50,059 bases of DNA from a virus. Taxonomy: Duplodnaviria; Caudoviricetes. The notes under the pieces are model-generated. The model was given only the letters and a program-made list of their open reading frames with translations, was not told the origin of the DNA and ran no database searches. Shown here piece after piece: positions 9,698 through 18,742 of the stretch. Location of the stretch: positions 1-50,059 of IMG/VR virus record IMGVR_UViG_3300027879_000002; one strand, given 5' to 3'. Positions within the stretch are counted from its first letter, which is position 1. Every line of letters starts with the position of its first letter. A program made the translations under genes and the position numbers.

Positions 9698-11417
9698 CGG
9701 AGCCCTCCTCCTTCTTCTCGTCCAGGTGATGCCAGACCTTCTGGTCGGGGTCCGCCTGGTGGTCGGGGCCTGGCAGGTCTAGGGCTGCTCGAACCTGCCG
9801 GGCTTCCTCTGCGGCTTCCTCTGCGGCTTCGACCATATCGGCGAACCAGTTCTTCGGGGGAGCATCGGGGGCCACGGCCAGGCGACGGCTCCACACCGTG
9901 AGGCTCGCCCGAACCAGAACGCACGCAGGGTCGTCCTCCTCGCACTCCTCGAACTCCGGCTCCCAGGTCAGCGCCTCGTAGCTTCCCTCGGAGATACCCT
10001 CCATCTCCTGGAGGTTCCCGATCTTCATGAAGTGCCAGCCCTGGATGGCGTCGTAGTCGGGGTCCGTCGTCGGAACCAGCTCCCAGCCCCGGTCCAGCCG
10101 CGCCATCGTCGCGCCCTGGTCCCGGAGCAGGTCCCAGATCGTTTGCCGCATCGGCTCGTCCCGCCACATCTCGATCGGGAAGTCCCCCGTCACCGAGACG
10201 CGCTCCCGAAGCCTGGCCTCCTGCTCGCCCGTGAATCCGGCGCCCTGAAGATCTCCCAGGCTTTCCCTGGCGGCCTCCTCGTCCATAGGGCCGCTCTTCA
10301 TCATGCGAGCGATGATCTCGTCTGACCACTGCTCGAACCCCTTCATGAAGTCCCCGTCCGGGGCAACGCCCCTTGCCTTCATGATGGCCAGCGTCTCTGC
10401 CCTGGCGTTCTTGCTGAGATCCTCAATGCCTTCCTCCCAGCCGGTAGCGAACGCCTCCCAGGCCAGAGTCACCGCCTCTGCCGGGAGCTGGTTCCGAACC
10501 TGCTCCCACCAGCTGGCAAAAAGCTCGTCCCGCTGCCGGTAGCTCTCTCCCAGGGGCTTCGGCGAGGTGCCCAGCATCGGTGAGTGCATAACATGCTCGA
10601 CGTAGACGCCCTGGTCGGCCTCCTCCCTCTCCCCGGCCTGGTCGGCGGCTGGGGTCGGCTTGCCGGGGTACCCCGACTCCTCCGGCTGCGACCCCTCCGG
10701 CCCGGAGACAGTGAAGATGATGCCGCCGATCGGGTCCATGGACCTGATCGCGGAGCCGACGGCGTCCATGAGCGCGTCGGAGAAGTAGAGCCCCTCGATA
10801 CGCACGAAGGAGATCGGGCGGCCGTCCTGGGTGAAGGACGGCGCCGGGGCGTCCTCGATTGGCCAGCGCTCTTCCTTCAGGGTGCCCTGGAAATACCTGT
10901 CGTGAATCTGGACTGGAACCCCCAGTATCTCGGCGATATCCCCCGTGCGCACCGCCGGATTGGCACCGGGCGCAACCTCTGCCGCGCGGCGCCGGAGGTA
11001 TTCGATGCCGTCCTCCCAGCTGGCGGCGAAAGCCTCTGCCGCCTCGGAGGTGTATGCCGTGCCGAAAGCCTGCTGCTCCATTTCATCCTCGAGCTGGTCT
11101 GCCAGCTCCTGGCCCACCCGGACGATGACGTCGTGGGCATTCTGATCTACGGCGCCAGGGGCGGATTCGGGCCACGGGGAGCGCCACGAGGAGGGGAGGA
11201 ATCCGCCGTCGCACATCCAGCGGTCGATGAGGGATGCCGCTCCAGTAGCAGCCTCGGCTGCCTCCCGCTCCTCGCGGCTGCCGATCTTCGCGCCCTCCCA
11301 GGCCCGGATCGCCTTGCGCTGCTGCTCCAGCCAGTGCTCGACCTCGGCTGTGACCGAAGCCCTTCCCTTCCCGGCCTTCCGGGTCCCCTCTCCTCGGGGC
11401 TCTTCCTGCTTCCCCAC
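9681..11417 (-). CDS. large acidic hypothetical protein with internal repeats
   Basis: strong GC3 bias; start probably GTG 11417 (uncertain); repeated EAFAxxWExGIExL motif. Confidence 0.7.
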   Translation of the reverse strand: MGKQEEPRGEGTRKAGKGRASVTAEVEHWLEQQRKAIRAWEGAKIGSREEREAAEAATGAASLIDRWMCDGGFLPSSWRSPWPESAPGAVDQNAHDVIVRVGQELADQLEDEMEQQAFGTAYTSEAAEAFAASWEDGIEYLRRRAAEVAPGANPAVRTGDIAEILGVPVQIHDRYFQGTLKEERWPIEDAPAPSFTQDGRPISFVRIEGLYFSDALMDAVGSAIRSMDPIGGIIFTVSGPEGSQPEESGYPGKPTPAADQAGEREEADQGVYVEHVMHSPMLGTSPKPLGESYRQRDELFASWWEQVRNQLPAEAVTLAWEAFATGWEEGIEDLSKNARAETLAIMKARGVAPDGDFMKGFEQWSDEIIARMMKSGPMDEEAARESLGDLQGAGFTGEQEARLRERVSVTGDFPIEMWRDEPMRQTIWDLLRDQGATMARLDRGWELVPTTDPDYDAIQGWHFMKIGNLQEMEGISEGSYEALTWEPEFEECEEDDPACVLVRASLTVWSRRLAVAPDAPPKNWFADMVEAAEEAAEEARQVRAALDLPGPDHQADPDQKVWHHLDEKKEEGSDATEE

Positions 11418-11689
11418 TCTGATCGCCTGCCTTCTGCCGCTGTATACGGCGTTCCTGTACGGGTAACTCGCTGAAGCGTACTCTATGCAGGGATGGAGGT
11501 AAAGGAGGAGGAGATGCCTACTGTAATGGTAGGGTATGGAAATGGAGCCCATGGACGTTAACAGAAGGAAAAACGCGCCAGCCAACTTTCTGCGGGACCA
11601 ACCAAGAACGCGCGAACCACTGGTTAACCCCGTCTTAGGCTCTGAACTATGGCACCCTCACCAGCCTGTATGGCGGGTAGTTACGGGCG

Positions 11690-12260
11690 CACCATAAACC
11701 GGGTTACGGCGCGCCACGCGGGTATACCCCTACCGGGTACCCGCTAACTCGTTAGCCTAGGTAACTAGCCTAGGTAACTACATTCGTTAGCCTAGCGTAC
11801 CAGTTTAGTTAGCGCGGCGTACTACCTACACTTAGCTAGGCTAACGGTAATCGTTAGCGGCGCGTACGACCGCCGGGTACGCCGTAGGGGGCGCCTAGGT
11901 ACCCGACCAGGCGGCGGGCGGCCGGTAGGGGCCGCTACGGGGCCGGGTAGGCCCAGTTTACGGGCCGCCTACCAGCGCAAACGCCGTACGCGGCCTAACG
12001 GGGGCGGGGTAGGGTAGTTACTAGGGTACCAGTTTTACGGGGCTTAGGGCCACGTACAATCGCACGCGGCGCTACGCGGCCGGTAGGGGCCGCCCCTAGG
12101 TGGTACCCGCGTAACTGGTAACGGCGCGTAGGTAACCGGTAACTTAAAATTACCGCAGTTTTTACCGCCTTAGGGGTAGCGCTAGCGGCCCCGGTACCGT
12201 AAAGTCGTAACTGTAAGGCCCCGCCGGGGCGGCGGGTGAGGGTAGGCCGCTTTACCGGAA
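11690..12260. other. non-coding TpA-rich, GA/TC/TG/AT-depleted block with TAGCCTAGGTAAC / CGTTAGCCTAG repeats; candidate genome end
   Basis: manual counts over 11701-12240: TA about 65, GA 3, TC 5, TG 4, AT 5, CA about 13; sits at the divergence point of transcription. Confidence 0.75.
12177..12205 (+). promoter_or_regulatory. phage promoter TAGCGC-N17-TAAAGT
   Basis: matches the genome-wide motif; upstream of the 3-gene operon. Confidence 0.7.
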
Positions 12261-12270
12261 GGAGCACATC

Positions 12271-12513
12271 ATGAGCAAGCCGATCGCCGAAGTCCTGGTC
12301 AGCGTCCCGAGCGACCTGGCCGAGGGCCTGCTGGCCCGCCGCTACCACGTGGTGTTCACGGGCCGGGGCAGGCCTGGCACCGCAGGCGGCACCCCCGACA
12401 CGTGGATCTACTCCAGCGACGACCTGGCCGAGGCCCAGCGCGTCGGGGACAGCTGGCGCCAGTACGGCACGCGCATCATCGACGCGACCGACACCGACGC
12501 CGAGGTTATCTAG
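12271..12513 (+). CDS. small acidic (pre-)early protein
   Basis: RBS AAGGAG; strong GC3 bias. Confidence 0.85.
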   Translation: MSKPIAEVLVSVPSDLAEGLLARRYHVVFTGRGRPGTAGGTPDTWIYSSDDLAEAQRVGDSWRQYGTRIIDATDTDAEVI

Positions 12514-12526
12514 CTAAGGGGTAAAA

Positions 12527-12688
12527 ATGAAATACATCACCATGACGACCGGGGGCGTTTACGGAAACGCCTTCATGGCTCAGGACGACGACGGAGCTAC
12601 GGCTACCGCCCGCAGCGCGGGGTACCAGGTTCAGGACATCATCGACACCGACCTGCCCGGTTACGACGCGATTGTCGTAGTCGCCTAG
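12527..12688 (+). CDS. 53-aa acidic (pre-)early protein (not in ORF track)
   Basis: RBS AAGGGG; MKYITMTTGGVYGNAFMAQDDDG...DLPGYDAIVVVA. Confidence 0.75.
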   Translation: MKYITMTTGGVYGNAFMAQDDDGATATARSAGYQVQDIIDTDLPGYDAIVVVA

Positions 12689-12760
12689 GCCGCTATACGG
12701 TCCCAGACGTCCCCTAGGGACGTAGGGGGCCGGGTAGTTACCTAGCCCACAGGAGACAAG

Positions 12761-13006
12761 ATGTTCACAGCTTCAGACGAGGCACGCGCGCTTAAGGCAG
12801 CCCAGGCAGCCGCTACGCGGTACGAGACAGCCTTCGAGCTGCTTCAGGCAGCCAAGAAGATGGCCGACGAGGCCGAGGCCGAGTTCCTGGCCCTGGACGA
12901 CGAGTACCAGATGATTATGAACGTCCGCAAGGCCATGAACTCCAACTGCCTCGCCACCGCACACGCCAGCTACGGCCGGCACCCGTGGCAGACCGGCTGC
13001 TGGTAG
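12761..13006 (+). CDS. small helical (pre-)early protein
   Basis: RBS AGGAGA; Ala/Glu-rich, coiled-coil-like. Confidence 0.85.
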   Translation: MFTASDEARALKAAQAAATRYETAFELLQAAKKMADEAEAEFLALDDEYQMIMNVRKAMNSNCLATAHASYGRHPWQTGCW

Positions 13007-13050
13007 CTAGGCCGCTAGGCCACCCGCGCACCCGTAACGCCAGTTTTCAC

Positions 13051-13079
13051 AGCCCCCGGTCACCAGCCGGGGGCTTTTT
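13051..13079 (+). terminator. intrinsic terminator
   Basis: AGCCCCCGGT-cacca-GCCGGGGGCT followed by TTTT. Confidence 0.85.
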
Positions 13080-13084
13080 CACGC

Positions 13085-14130
13085 CCATTTTCTGGCCCGG
13101 CTCACAGGCCCCAGACGTCCCCTAGGAGCCAGGAAATCACGAGGACGCGGGTAGTACGGCGACCAGTTTTTCGTCGGATACCGCCATTCTGGATCGCATG
13201 CAGCACCAGTTCTGGGGCCGCGCGGGCGCCGGAAAGCCCAGGAAATCGCCTGTAAACGCCAGGAAATCGGCCTAAGAAACGCCAGAATCGGGCGAATTTC
13301 CACCAGAAATTGGGCTAATTTCACCAGAAATAGCGTCGAGAATGTTGGCGAAATGGCGAATAATCACCACAATTTCGCCCATTTCGGCACCAGAAACAAG
13401 CGATTTACTGGTCATTTCAAGGAAAGCTGTCATTGCCATCGCCAGTTGTCGACGCGATTCGTCGCTAACTTTCAGATGTGACGTTTCTGGCCACAAAATG
13501 GCCTTTATAAATGCATTATACTCCGAATCTAGGAGCTGAAACTGTAGAGAATCGGACGAAATACTGGACTTTCTACCAGAATATTCGGATGAATTGTGCA
13601 TAATTTATTATAGCTCGAAATTCAGCCGATTTCTCGGATCGCTCTCCGCCCCCCTAGAATCACCGTATTCTGGTGTGTAATACCTGGTAGAACCCAGAAT
13701 ACCCCCCACATATTCTGGTATATTCTGGTATTCTGGGCGTGACCAGGGGAAACGCGAAATGTACGTAACTCACCGTAATCGACCTGACCAGAATTAGTAA
13801 TCGAAAATTACATATATTCTGGTATTCTGGGTCTGACCAGGGCATATGCTCGACCACAGTATCATACGATTCTAGCGCTTATTCTGGGCGTAACCAGGTG
13901 AAACAGTCGAAAATCGGACCAGAATACGCTCATTCGGGGGGGATTGAGAAATTCCGACCCAGGCGCCCCATGCCCGAAAACCCGATAGAACGAACACCAT
14001 AATCTGAAACCCGAGCGAACATAAATAACCATTCAAAGCCCGAATAGCCCCCGAATAATCCCCCGGAATAGCCATTCCATAACTGCAAGTTACCCGAACC
14101 CTACCCAAAGTTACCACAAAAAATTCCCCC
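13085..14130. repeat. AT-enriched non-coding block with many CCAG(G)AA/TTCTGG words and helically phased A/T tracts
   Basis: CCAG(G)AA at 13238, 13259, 13282, 13303, 13324, 13390; TATTCTGGG..T.ACCAGG at 13729, 13823, 13880. Confidence 0.8.
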
Positions 14131-14137
14131 TGCCCCC

Positions 14138-14166
14138 TAGCCAGCCCGCCCCACACCCCGTATACT
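14138..14166 (+). promoter_or_regulatory. phage promoter TAGCCA-N17-TATACT
   Basis: motif match with upstream AAAAAATT tract. Confidence 0.8.
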
Positions 14167-14257
14167 GGTGTTGTAGGGCCGGGTAACCCCAGCCCGGCCG
14201 GCCAGCCGCCGGTCACAGTAAATCCCACCACAGCAAAGCCCACGCATAGGAGCCCAC

Positions 14258-14626
14258 ATGAACGTCCGACGCAGCATCGCCGCCTTCCTGGTGAGCGGCG
14301 CCATGATCACCGGCGCCACCATCGCAGGCCACCTCGGGGGCACCGCCGCGAGCGCGGCCCCGACCACCCCGGCCCAGCAGCTGCACCAGCTCGAGAAGGC
14401 CTGCACGCGCGGCGCCACCTTCACCCTCGGGATCGGCTCGGGCACGGCCCGCGACCCCTACCGCGACGTCACCTTCATCTGCGCCGAGCAGCAGCCGGCC
14501 AGCCAGTGCCGCGAGGCCAGCCTGAACCCCACCTGCTTCGCCTACTACAGCCCGTACCGCACGGGCGGCGAGGCGCTGCTCGACCTGTTCGGCCAGACCA
14601 CCACGGTCGGCGGCTCCGACCAGTAG
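14258..14626 (+). CDS. small secreted protein, 4 Cys
   Basis: signal peptide-like N-terminus ending ASA; RBS AGGAG. Confidence 0.8.
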   Translation: MNVRRSIAAFLVSGAMITGATIAGHLGGTAASAAPTTPAQQLHQLEKACTRGATFTLGIGSGTARDPYRDVTFICAEQQPASQCREASLNPTCFAYYSPYRTGGEALLDLFGQTTTVGGSDQ

Positions 14627-14677
14627 CCCGGCTGGCCGCGCTAGCCCCCAGAATTTCAGGAAACTTCTGCTGAGGGC

Positions 14678-14706
14678 TAGCGCGGCCCGGCTGTAGGCGG
14701 TAGGAT
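14678..14706 (+). promoter_or_regulatory. phage promoter TAGCGC-N17-TAGGAT inside a 14-bp inverted repeat
   Basis: IR arms 14634-14647 and 14674-14687. Confidence 0.7.
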
Positions 14707-14741
14707 TGCTTTTAGTAGCCCCGCCGCCTAAGGAGCCCGGA

Positions 14742-14942
14742 ATGAAGAACCGCCTACGCCGCGCGTACCGCGCAATCGTTACCTACGCTAACGACTGGAA
14801 GTTCGCCGCGTCTGAGGAATGGGCTAGCTTCAATGAGGGTGTAGCTGATGACCGCGCTACCCGCCCCTACCTCGTCGCCGTCGCACGTAGCGCTTGGCAC
14901 TCGGCCCGGTACTTCGCTGAGTCGCGCGGCTGGCGCAGGTAG
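14742..14942 (+). CDS. small early protein
   Basis: ATG 14742 with AAGGAG RBS. Confidence 0.75.
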   Translation: MKNRLRRAYRAIVTYANDWKFAASEEWASFNEGVADDRATRPYLVAVARSAWHSARYFAESRGWRR

Positions 14943-14993
14943 CCGGAGCGCTAGCCCCGTAGGAGAAATCCCCAGGAAATTTCCTGCAGGGGC

Positions 14994-15022
14994 TAGCGCT
15001 AGGGCCAGAAATGGCGTAAGCT
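14994..15022 (+). promoter_or_regulatory. phage promoter TAGCGC-N17-TAAGCT inside a 12-bp inverted repeat
   Basis: IR arms 14947-14958 and 14989-15000. Confidence 0.7.
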
Positions 15023-15055
15023 GTAGCTAGTAGGAACCAAGACGAGGAGATCACA

Positions 15056-15562
15056 ATGTCCGACCTGTACGAGTACGACAGCGCCTACGCGATCGCAGAG
15101 GTCAGCGCGTCCACCTTCGACAGCTCCGGCTTCGGCTTCGACGCCGAGGGCCCGGTCACCACCCACCCCCAGAAGACCAGCTTCGCGGCCCCGAGCGAAG
15201 CCAGCTCCTACACCCTGGCCGCGCCCGACGGCACCACCTACACGGTCATCGTCATGAAGGGCGAGGCCATCCCGCTTACCACCAGCCCGGCCGACGAGAT
15301 CTCGGAAGAGATGCTCTTCAGCAAGACCGAGTACGTCTGGTGCGAGACCCCCGGCGCCCCGCACCGCAGCACGAACGGCGCCCCGATCCGGCACTACGCC
15401 ACCCCCTCCTGCAATTACGCCCACGGCGCGGGCCACTACCGCACCGCCTCCGAGGCCGCGCAATCCGCCCCGGCCCCCACCCGGCGCACCCGCGCAGCCG
15501 CGAGCGACCGGGCCGCCTGGCGCCAGGACGCCTGGCGCGCCGCGCACGGCCTGCCGCTGTAG
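15056..15562 (+). CDS. early hypothetical protein
   Basis: RBS GAGGAG; GC3 bias; acidic N-terminus, basic C-terminus. Confidence 0.85.
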   Translation: MSDLYEYDSAYAIAEVSASTFDSSGFGFDAEGPVTTHPQKTSFAAPSEASSYTLAAPDGTTYTVIVMKGEAIPLTTSPADEISEEMLFSKTEYVWCETPGAPHRSTNGAPIRHYATPSCNYAHGAGHYRTASEAAQSAPAPTRRTRAAASDRAAWRQDAWRAAHGLPL

Positions 15563-15567
15563 CCCCG

Positions 15568-15843
15568 ATGCCCGGCCGACACGCCCGCCCGCCCGGCCTG
15601 GGAGCGCACGCCGCTCCCGGGTCGGAGGGCATAGCCACAGAGATAGCCGCCCTGCGCGGCGCCGCGCGCGACCTGCTGGCGCCCCTAGGCCAGCCCTACG
15701 CGGGCCCAGAGGAGCTGGCCGACGAGCGGGACGACCAGCACCTCACGGTGTGGGCCTGCTCGCGCTGCTGCGAATGTGAGGATTGCTCCTGGGTTCGGGC
15801 GGCCGTCGCCGTCCTCCGCGAGATTGCCCGCGAAGACCGATAA
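15568..15843 (+). CDS. hypothetical protein with Cys cluster
   Basis: ATG 15568 just after the previous stop; CSRCCECEDC. Confidence 0.6.
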   Translation: MPGRHARPPGLGAHAAPGSEGIATEIAALRGAARDLLAPLGQPYAGPEELADERDDQHLTVWACSRCCECEDCSWVRAAVAVLREIAREDR

Positions 15844-16047
15844 CCACCGTTAAGCCCGTTTCCGCCCGGTCTGGCCCCTTACCCGGCCCGGCCGGGCGGA
15901 CCCACGTTACCGCCCGGATGCGAGCCATTCAGGCCCCTATCGGAGCCGCTACCCAGACCCAGGGGCGTAGCACCCTCCGCCCTCCCCAGCCACGCTACGC
16001 CAATCCAGGCCACAGCAAAATAAAAAGCATAAATTTCCCTGAGGGGG

Positions 16048-16076
16048 TAGCGCGGCCGGGCTGTAGCCCGTATACT
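16048..16076 (+). promoter_or_regulatory. phage promoter TAGCGC-N17-TATACT
   Basis: motif match with an A-rich UP-like element. Confidence 0.85.
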
Positions 16077-16119
16077 GTAGTTGTGGGGCCGGAGAGGCCC
16101 CCGAGCCCAGGAGATTCAG

Positions 16120-16806
16120 ATGAGGATCGAGAAGGTTAACACGACCGGCGTAGAGATCCAGGCCACCCCAGAGATCCACATGGCCCTGCGCATCCGCGAG
16201 GGCAGCATGCAGAACTGGAACAAGAACACGCGGGTGTACGCCAGCTACTCGCCGGGCGACGTGAGGCTGCTCCCCGGAGACGAGCCCCTGCCGACCCCGG
16301 CCTACAGCGCCCAGGGCGAGGACCCCGAGGCCGACGCGGCCTGGCGCCGGTACAAACTGGCCGAGATCGCGGCCATGAAGCGGATGCTGGCCGAGGCCGC
16401 ACCGCTGCTGGGCATGCTGACCGTGCGCGACGTTACCTCCCTTACCGCGCGGTTCTCGCACAAGGCCGGATGCTCCTGCGGCTGCTCGCCGGCCCTGATC
16501 CTGGACGCCCGGCTGAGCTACGACGGCCGCCCGGTCGACGTTACCCTGACCCGGACGCACGACAACCGCCCGCACGACTTCCACAGGGTGCACGCCATGG
16601 ACGCCGACAACCCCTACTACGCCTGCCAGCGGTGCACGACCGGCTCTTACCTGAAGGAGATCCAGGCCAGCTTCCAGACGCGCTTCATCTCCGACGGCAC
16701 CTACGGGCTGCCCAGCCGGGACCCCGACCTGGCAGCTGACGTCCGGGACGAGATCGCCGACGCGGACGAGCTGGGCCGGTACGAGAGCGGCGCCTGCGAC
16801 CAGTAG
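16120..16806 (+). CDS. early protein with FSxKAGCSCGCSP motif
   Basis: ATG 16120 with AGGAG RBS; probable metal-binding motif. Confidence 0.85.
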   Translation: MRIEKVNTTGVEIQATPEIHMALRIREGSMQNWNKNTRVYASYSPGDVRLLPGDEPLPTPAYSAQGEDPEADAAWRRYKLAEIAAMKRMLAEAAPLLGMLTVRDVTSLTARFSHKAGCSCGCSPALILDARLSYDGRPVDVTLTRTHDNRPHDFHRVHAMDADNPYYACQRCTTGSYLKEIQASFQTRFISDGTYGLPSRDPDLAADVRDEIADADELGRYESGACDQ

Positions 16807-16827
16807 GAAACGGCTACGCCCCAGGAC

Positions 16828-16856
16828 TAGCGAAATGCAGTCCTGGGGCGTATACT
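16828..16856 (+). promoter_or_regulatory. phage promoter TAGCGA-N17-TATACT in a 14-bp hairpin
   Basis: TACGCCCCAGGACT / AGTCCTGGGGCGTA. Confidence 0.8.
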
Positions 16857-16890
16857 GTTACCGGAAGCCCAGTTACCAGAGGAGAGCCCA

Positions 16891-17124
16891 GTGGCGAAGC
16901 TAGTGACATGCGGTACCTGCAATGGCAGCGGCAAGGTGAAGGGAGGTAAGACGTGCGGGATCTGCAAGGGGAAGGGCAAGGTCGCGCCCGATAAGCAGAT
17001 TCACCACCGCAAGCCCAAGCCGGGCGAGACGCCCCCGAGGGACGGCGTGACCTGCAAGACGTGTAAGGGCCGGGGCTTCATCGTCGACAGCGAGGGCGAG
17101 CTCAGGCAGTGCCCGGACTGCTAG
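16891..17124 (+). CDS. DnaJ-type zinc-finger (CxxCxGxG repeat) protein
   Basis: CGTCNGSG, CGICKGKG, CKTCKGRG, CPDC. Confidence 0.8.
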   Translation: MAKLVTCGTCNGSGKVKGGKTCGICKGKGKVAPDKQIHHRKPKPGETPPRDGVTCKTCKGRGFIVDSEGELRQCPDC

Positions 17125-17147
17125 GACAGCTACGCTCGCATGCAGGA

Positions 17148-17181
17148 GGCCCCGGAGACCTGAAAGGTTTCCGGGGTTTTC
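17148..17181 (+). terminator. intrinsic terminator
   Basis: GGCCCCGGAGACC-tgaaa-GGTTTCCGGGGTT followed by TT. Confidence 0.65.
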
Positions 17182-17193
17182 TGGCATAAGGGG

Positions 17194-17222
17194 TAGCGCG
17201 CCGGTAGCAGCTGGCGTATACT
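17194..17222 (+). promoter_or_regulatory. phage promoter TAGCGC-N17-TATACT
   Basis: motif match. Confidence 0.85.
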
Positions 17223-17265
17223 GTAGTTGTAGTCAGGAACCAGGCGAACACCTAAGGAGCCCACC

Positions 17266-18171
17266 GTGCCCACCACCCGAACCCCCCGCCCCGCAGCCGC
17301 CAGAGACGCAGCCCGCGTCTCCGCCGTGATCGCTTCCGGCGCCATCGCGGCCCCCGCACGGCGCACCGCTCGCGGCCGCACCCTGCCGCCGGCCAAGACC
17401 GGAAACCCGCGCGCCGACCGCGTTACCCCGGTCGTCGAGAAGCCCGCAGTCCTGGACGAGCTGCCAGCCGCCCCGGTCGGCCTCTCGGGCCAGCTGAAGT
17501 CGCACTGCCAGTTCTACCTGGCGAACGGGATGTTCCACGTCCACAAGGCCGGGTGCCGGGACGTCCGGCGCGGCCTGAAGGACAGCGACTACGACGAGGC
17601 CATCAGCGGCCAGTGGGCCACCGAGGAGGAGGCCATCCGCGAGCTCTGGGACGACCAGATCCACGACGACGTCAAGCGCGGCGTGGACCCCGAGCCCCCG
17701 GCCGCCGAGCTGCTCGGCTACCTGACCGAGACGAACTTCAGCCCCTGCTGCAACCTGATCCCGTTCCCGTCGCCGGTCAGCAGGGACGAGGACGGCAATG
17801 CCCTGGAGGCCGGGCCGATCGTGACCGTCGTAGAGCCGAAGCCCGCGCCGCGCGACACCGAGAAGGCCGCTCGCGCTCGCGCCGTCCGGCGCCAGACCAG
17901 GCCAAAGGGCCAGCCGACGACGACCACCCCGACCACCCCGGCCCGGCCCGAGAGCGCCGCTACCGCAGCGCGACGCGAGGCGAAGCGCAAGCTGGCCCGC
18001 AAGGTGCTGCTGGCGGCCGAGGAGATGGTGAAGGGGCTGCCCGAGGGCGAGCGCCAGGCAGCAGCATCGACGGTCAGCCAGTGGCTGCACCACCTGCCGG
18101 TGCGCGGCGACGACGACGGCCGCTGGTGGCCCACCTCCTTCCCGACCCCCGACCGGTCGGACTGGCGGTAG
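17266..18171 (+). CDS. early protein: FHVHxxGC...PCC core with basic low-complexity linkers
   Basis: GTG with AAGGAG RBS; GC3 bias. Confidence 0.8.
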   Translation: MPTTRTPRPAAARDAARVSAVIASGAIAAPARRTARGRTLPPAKTGNPRADRVTPVVEKPAVLDELPAAPVGLSGQLKSHCQFYLANGMFHVHKAGCRDVRRGLKDSDYDEAISGQWATEEEAIRELWDDQIHDDVKRGVDPEPPAAELLGYLTETNFSPCCNLIPFPSPVSRDEDGNALEAGPIVTVVEPKPAPRDTEKAARARAVRRQTRPKGQPTTTTPTTPARPESAATAARREAKRKLARKVLLAAEEMVKGLPEGERQAAASTVSQWLHHLPVRGDDDGRWWPTSFPTPDRSDWR

Positions 18172-18175
18172 CGAG

Positions 18176-18412
18176 ATGGCGAAGATCAGCGCGCGAGGCG
18201 CAACCGAGGTGGGCCGAGTTAAGGCCAGGACCACCTCGGGGGTGGAGTTCCTGTTCGTTATGACGAGCGACGGCCGCGTCCTACGCCGGGCTACCGGAGA
18301 CTTGGCAACAGGGTACATCCTGCTCAGCCGGGGCGTAGCTCCCCAGAGGCGGAACATCGAGACCCTGCGGCGCATCGTTACCTCCTGCTACAGGATGAAC
18401 ATAATCAGCTGA
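18176..18412 (+). CDS. small basic protein
   Basis: follows the previous stop by 4 nt. Confidence 0.7.
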   Translation: MAKISARGATEVGRVKARTTSGVEFLFVMTSDGRVLRRATGDLATGYILLSRGVAPQRRNIETLRRIVTSCYRMNIIS

Positions 18413-18431
18413 AGTCTGTAGCCCGTACCCC

Positions 18432-18460
18432 TAGCCGGGGGCGGGCTACAGGCGTATACT
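18432..18460 (+). promoter_or_regulatory. phage promoter TAGCCG-N17-TATACT in a hairpin
   Basis: CTGTAGCCCG / CGGGCTACAG stem with TAGC in the loop region. Confidence 0.8.
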
Positions 18461-18498
18461 GATACCAGTAGCCCACCCCCGGACGTAGGAGGATATCT

Positions 18499-18714
18499 GT
18501 GACGCTAGAGCTGATGGTAATGGTGAACGACGGCGAGACGCTAGACGACGTCGCGCGTGAGCTGGTCGGCCCCAAGGGCAAGGCCACGTACGAGGTGCTT
18601 GGACTGCTACCGGGCGACCAGTGGCCCACGCTGCGATTCACCGGCACGGTGAACCAGCTGGTAGCGATATGTGCGGTGGCGAGGCAGTTCGGCAGGACCT
18701 GTACGCCAGCCTGA
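18499..18714 (+). CDS. small early protein
   Basis: GTG with AGGAGG RBS. Confidence 0.75.
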   Translation: MTLELMVMVNDGETLDDVARELVGPKGKATYEVLGLLPGDQWPTLRFTGTVNQLVAICAVARQFGRTCTPA

Positions 18715-18742
18715 ATCGCATGGAATTACTGGCCCCTGCTAC

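Noticed and set aside
13230-13900. CRISPR or guide-RNA array
   Set aside because: Repeats are 6-19 bp, degenerate and in both orientations, with no constant repeat-spacer unit and no cas operon. The Cas4-like gene sits in a recombination module.
13079-14243. ORFs called in the AT-rich block
   Set aside because: Atypical codon use, no RBS, and translations simply mirror the DNA repeats.
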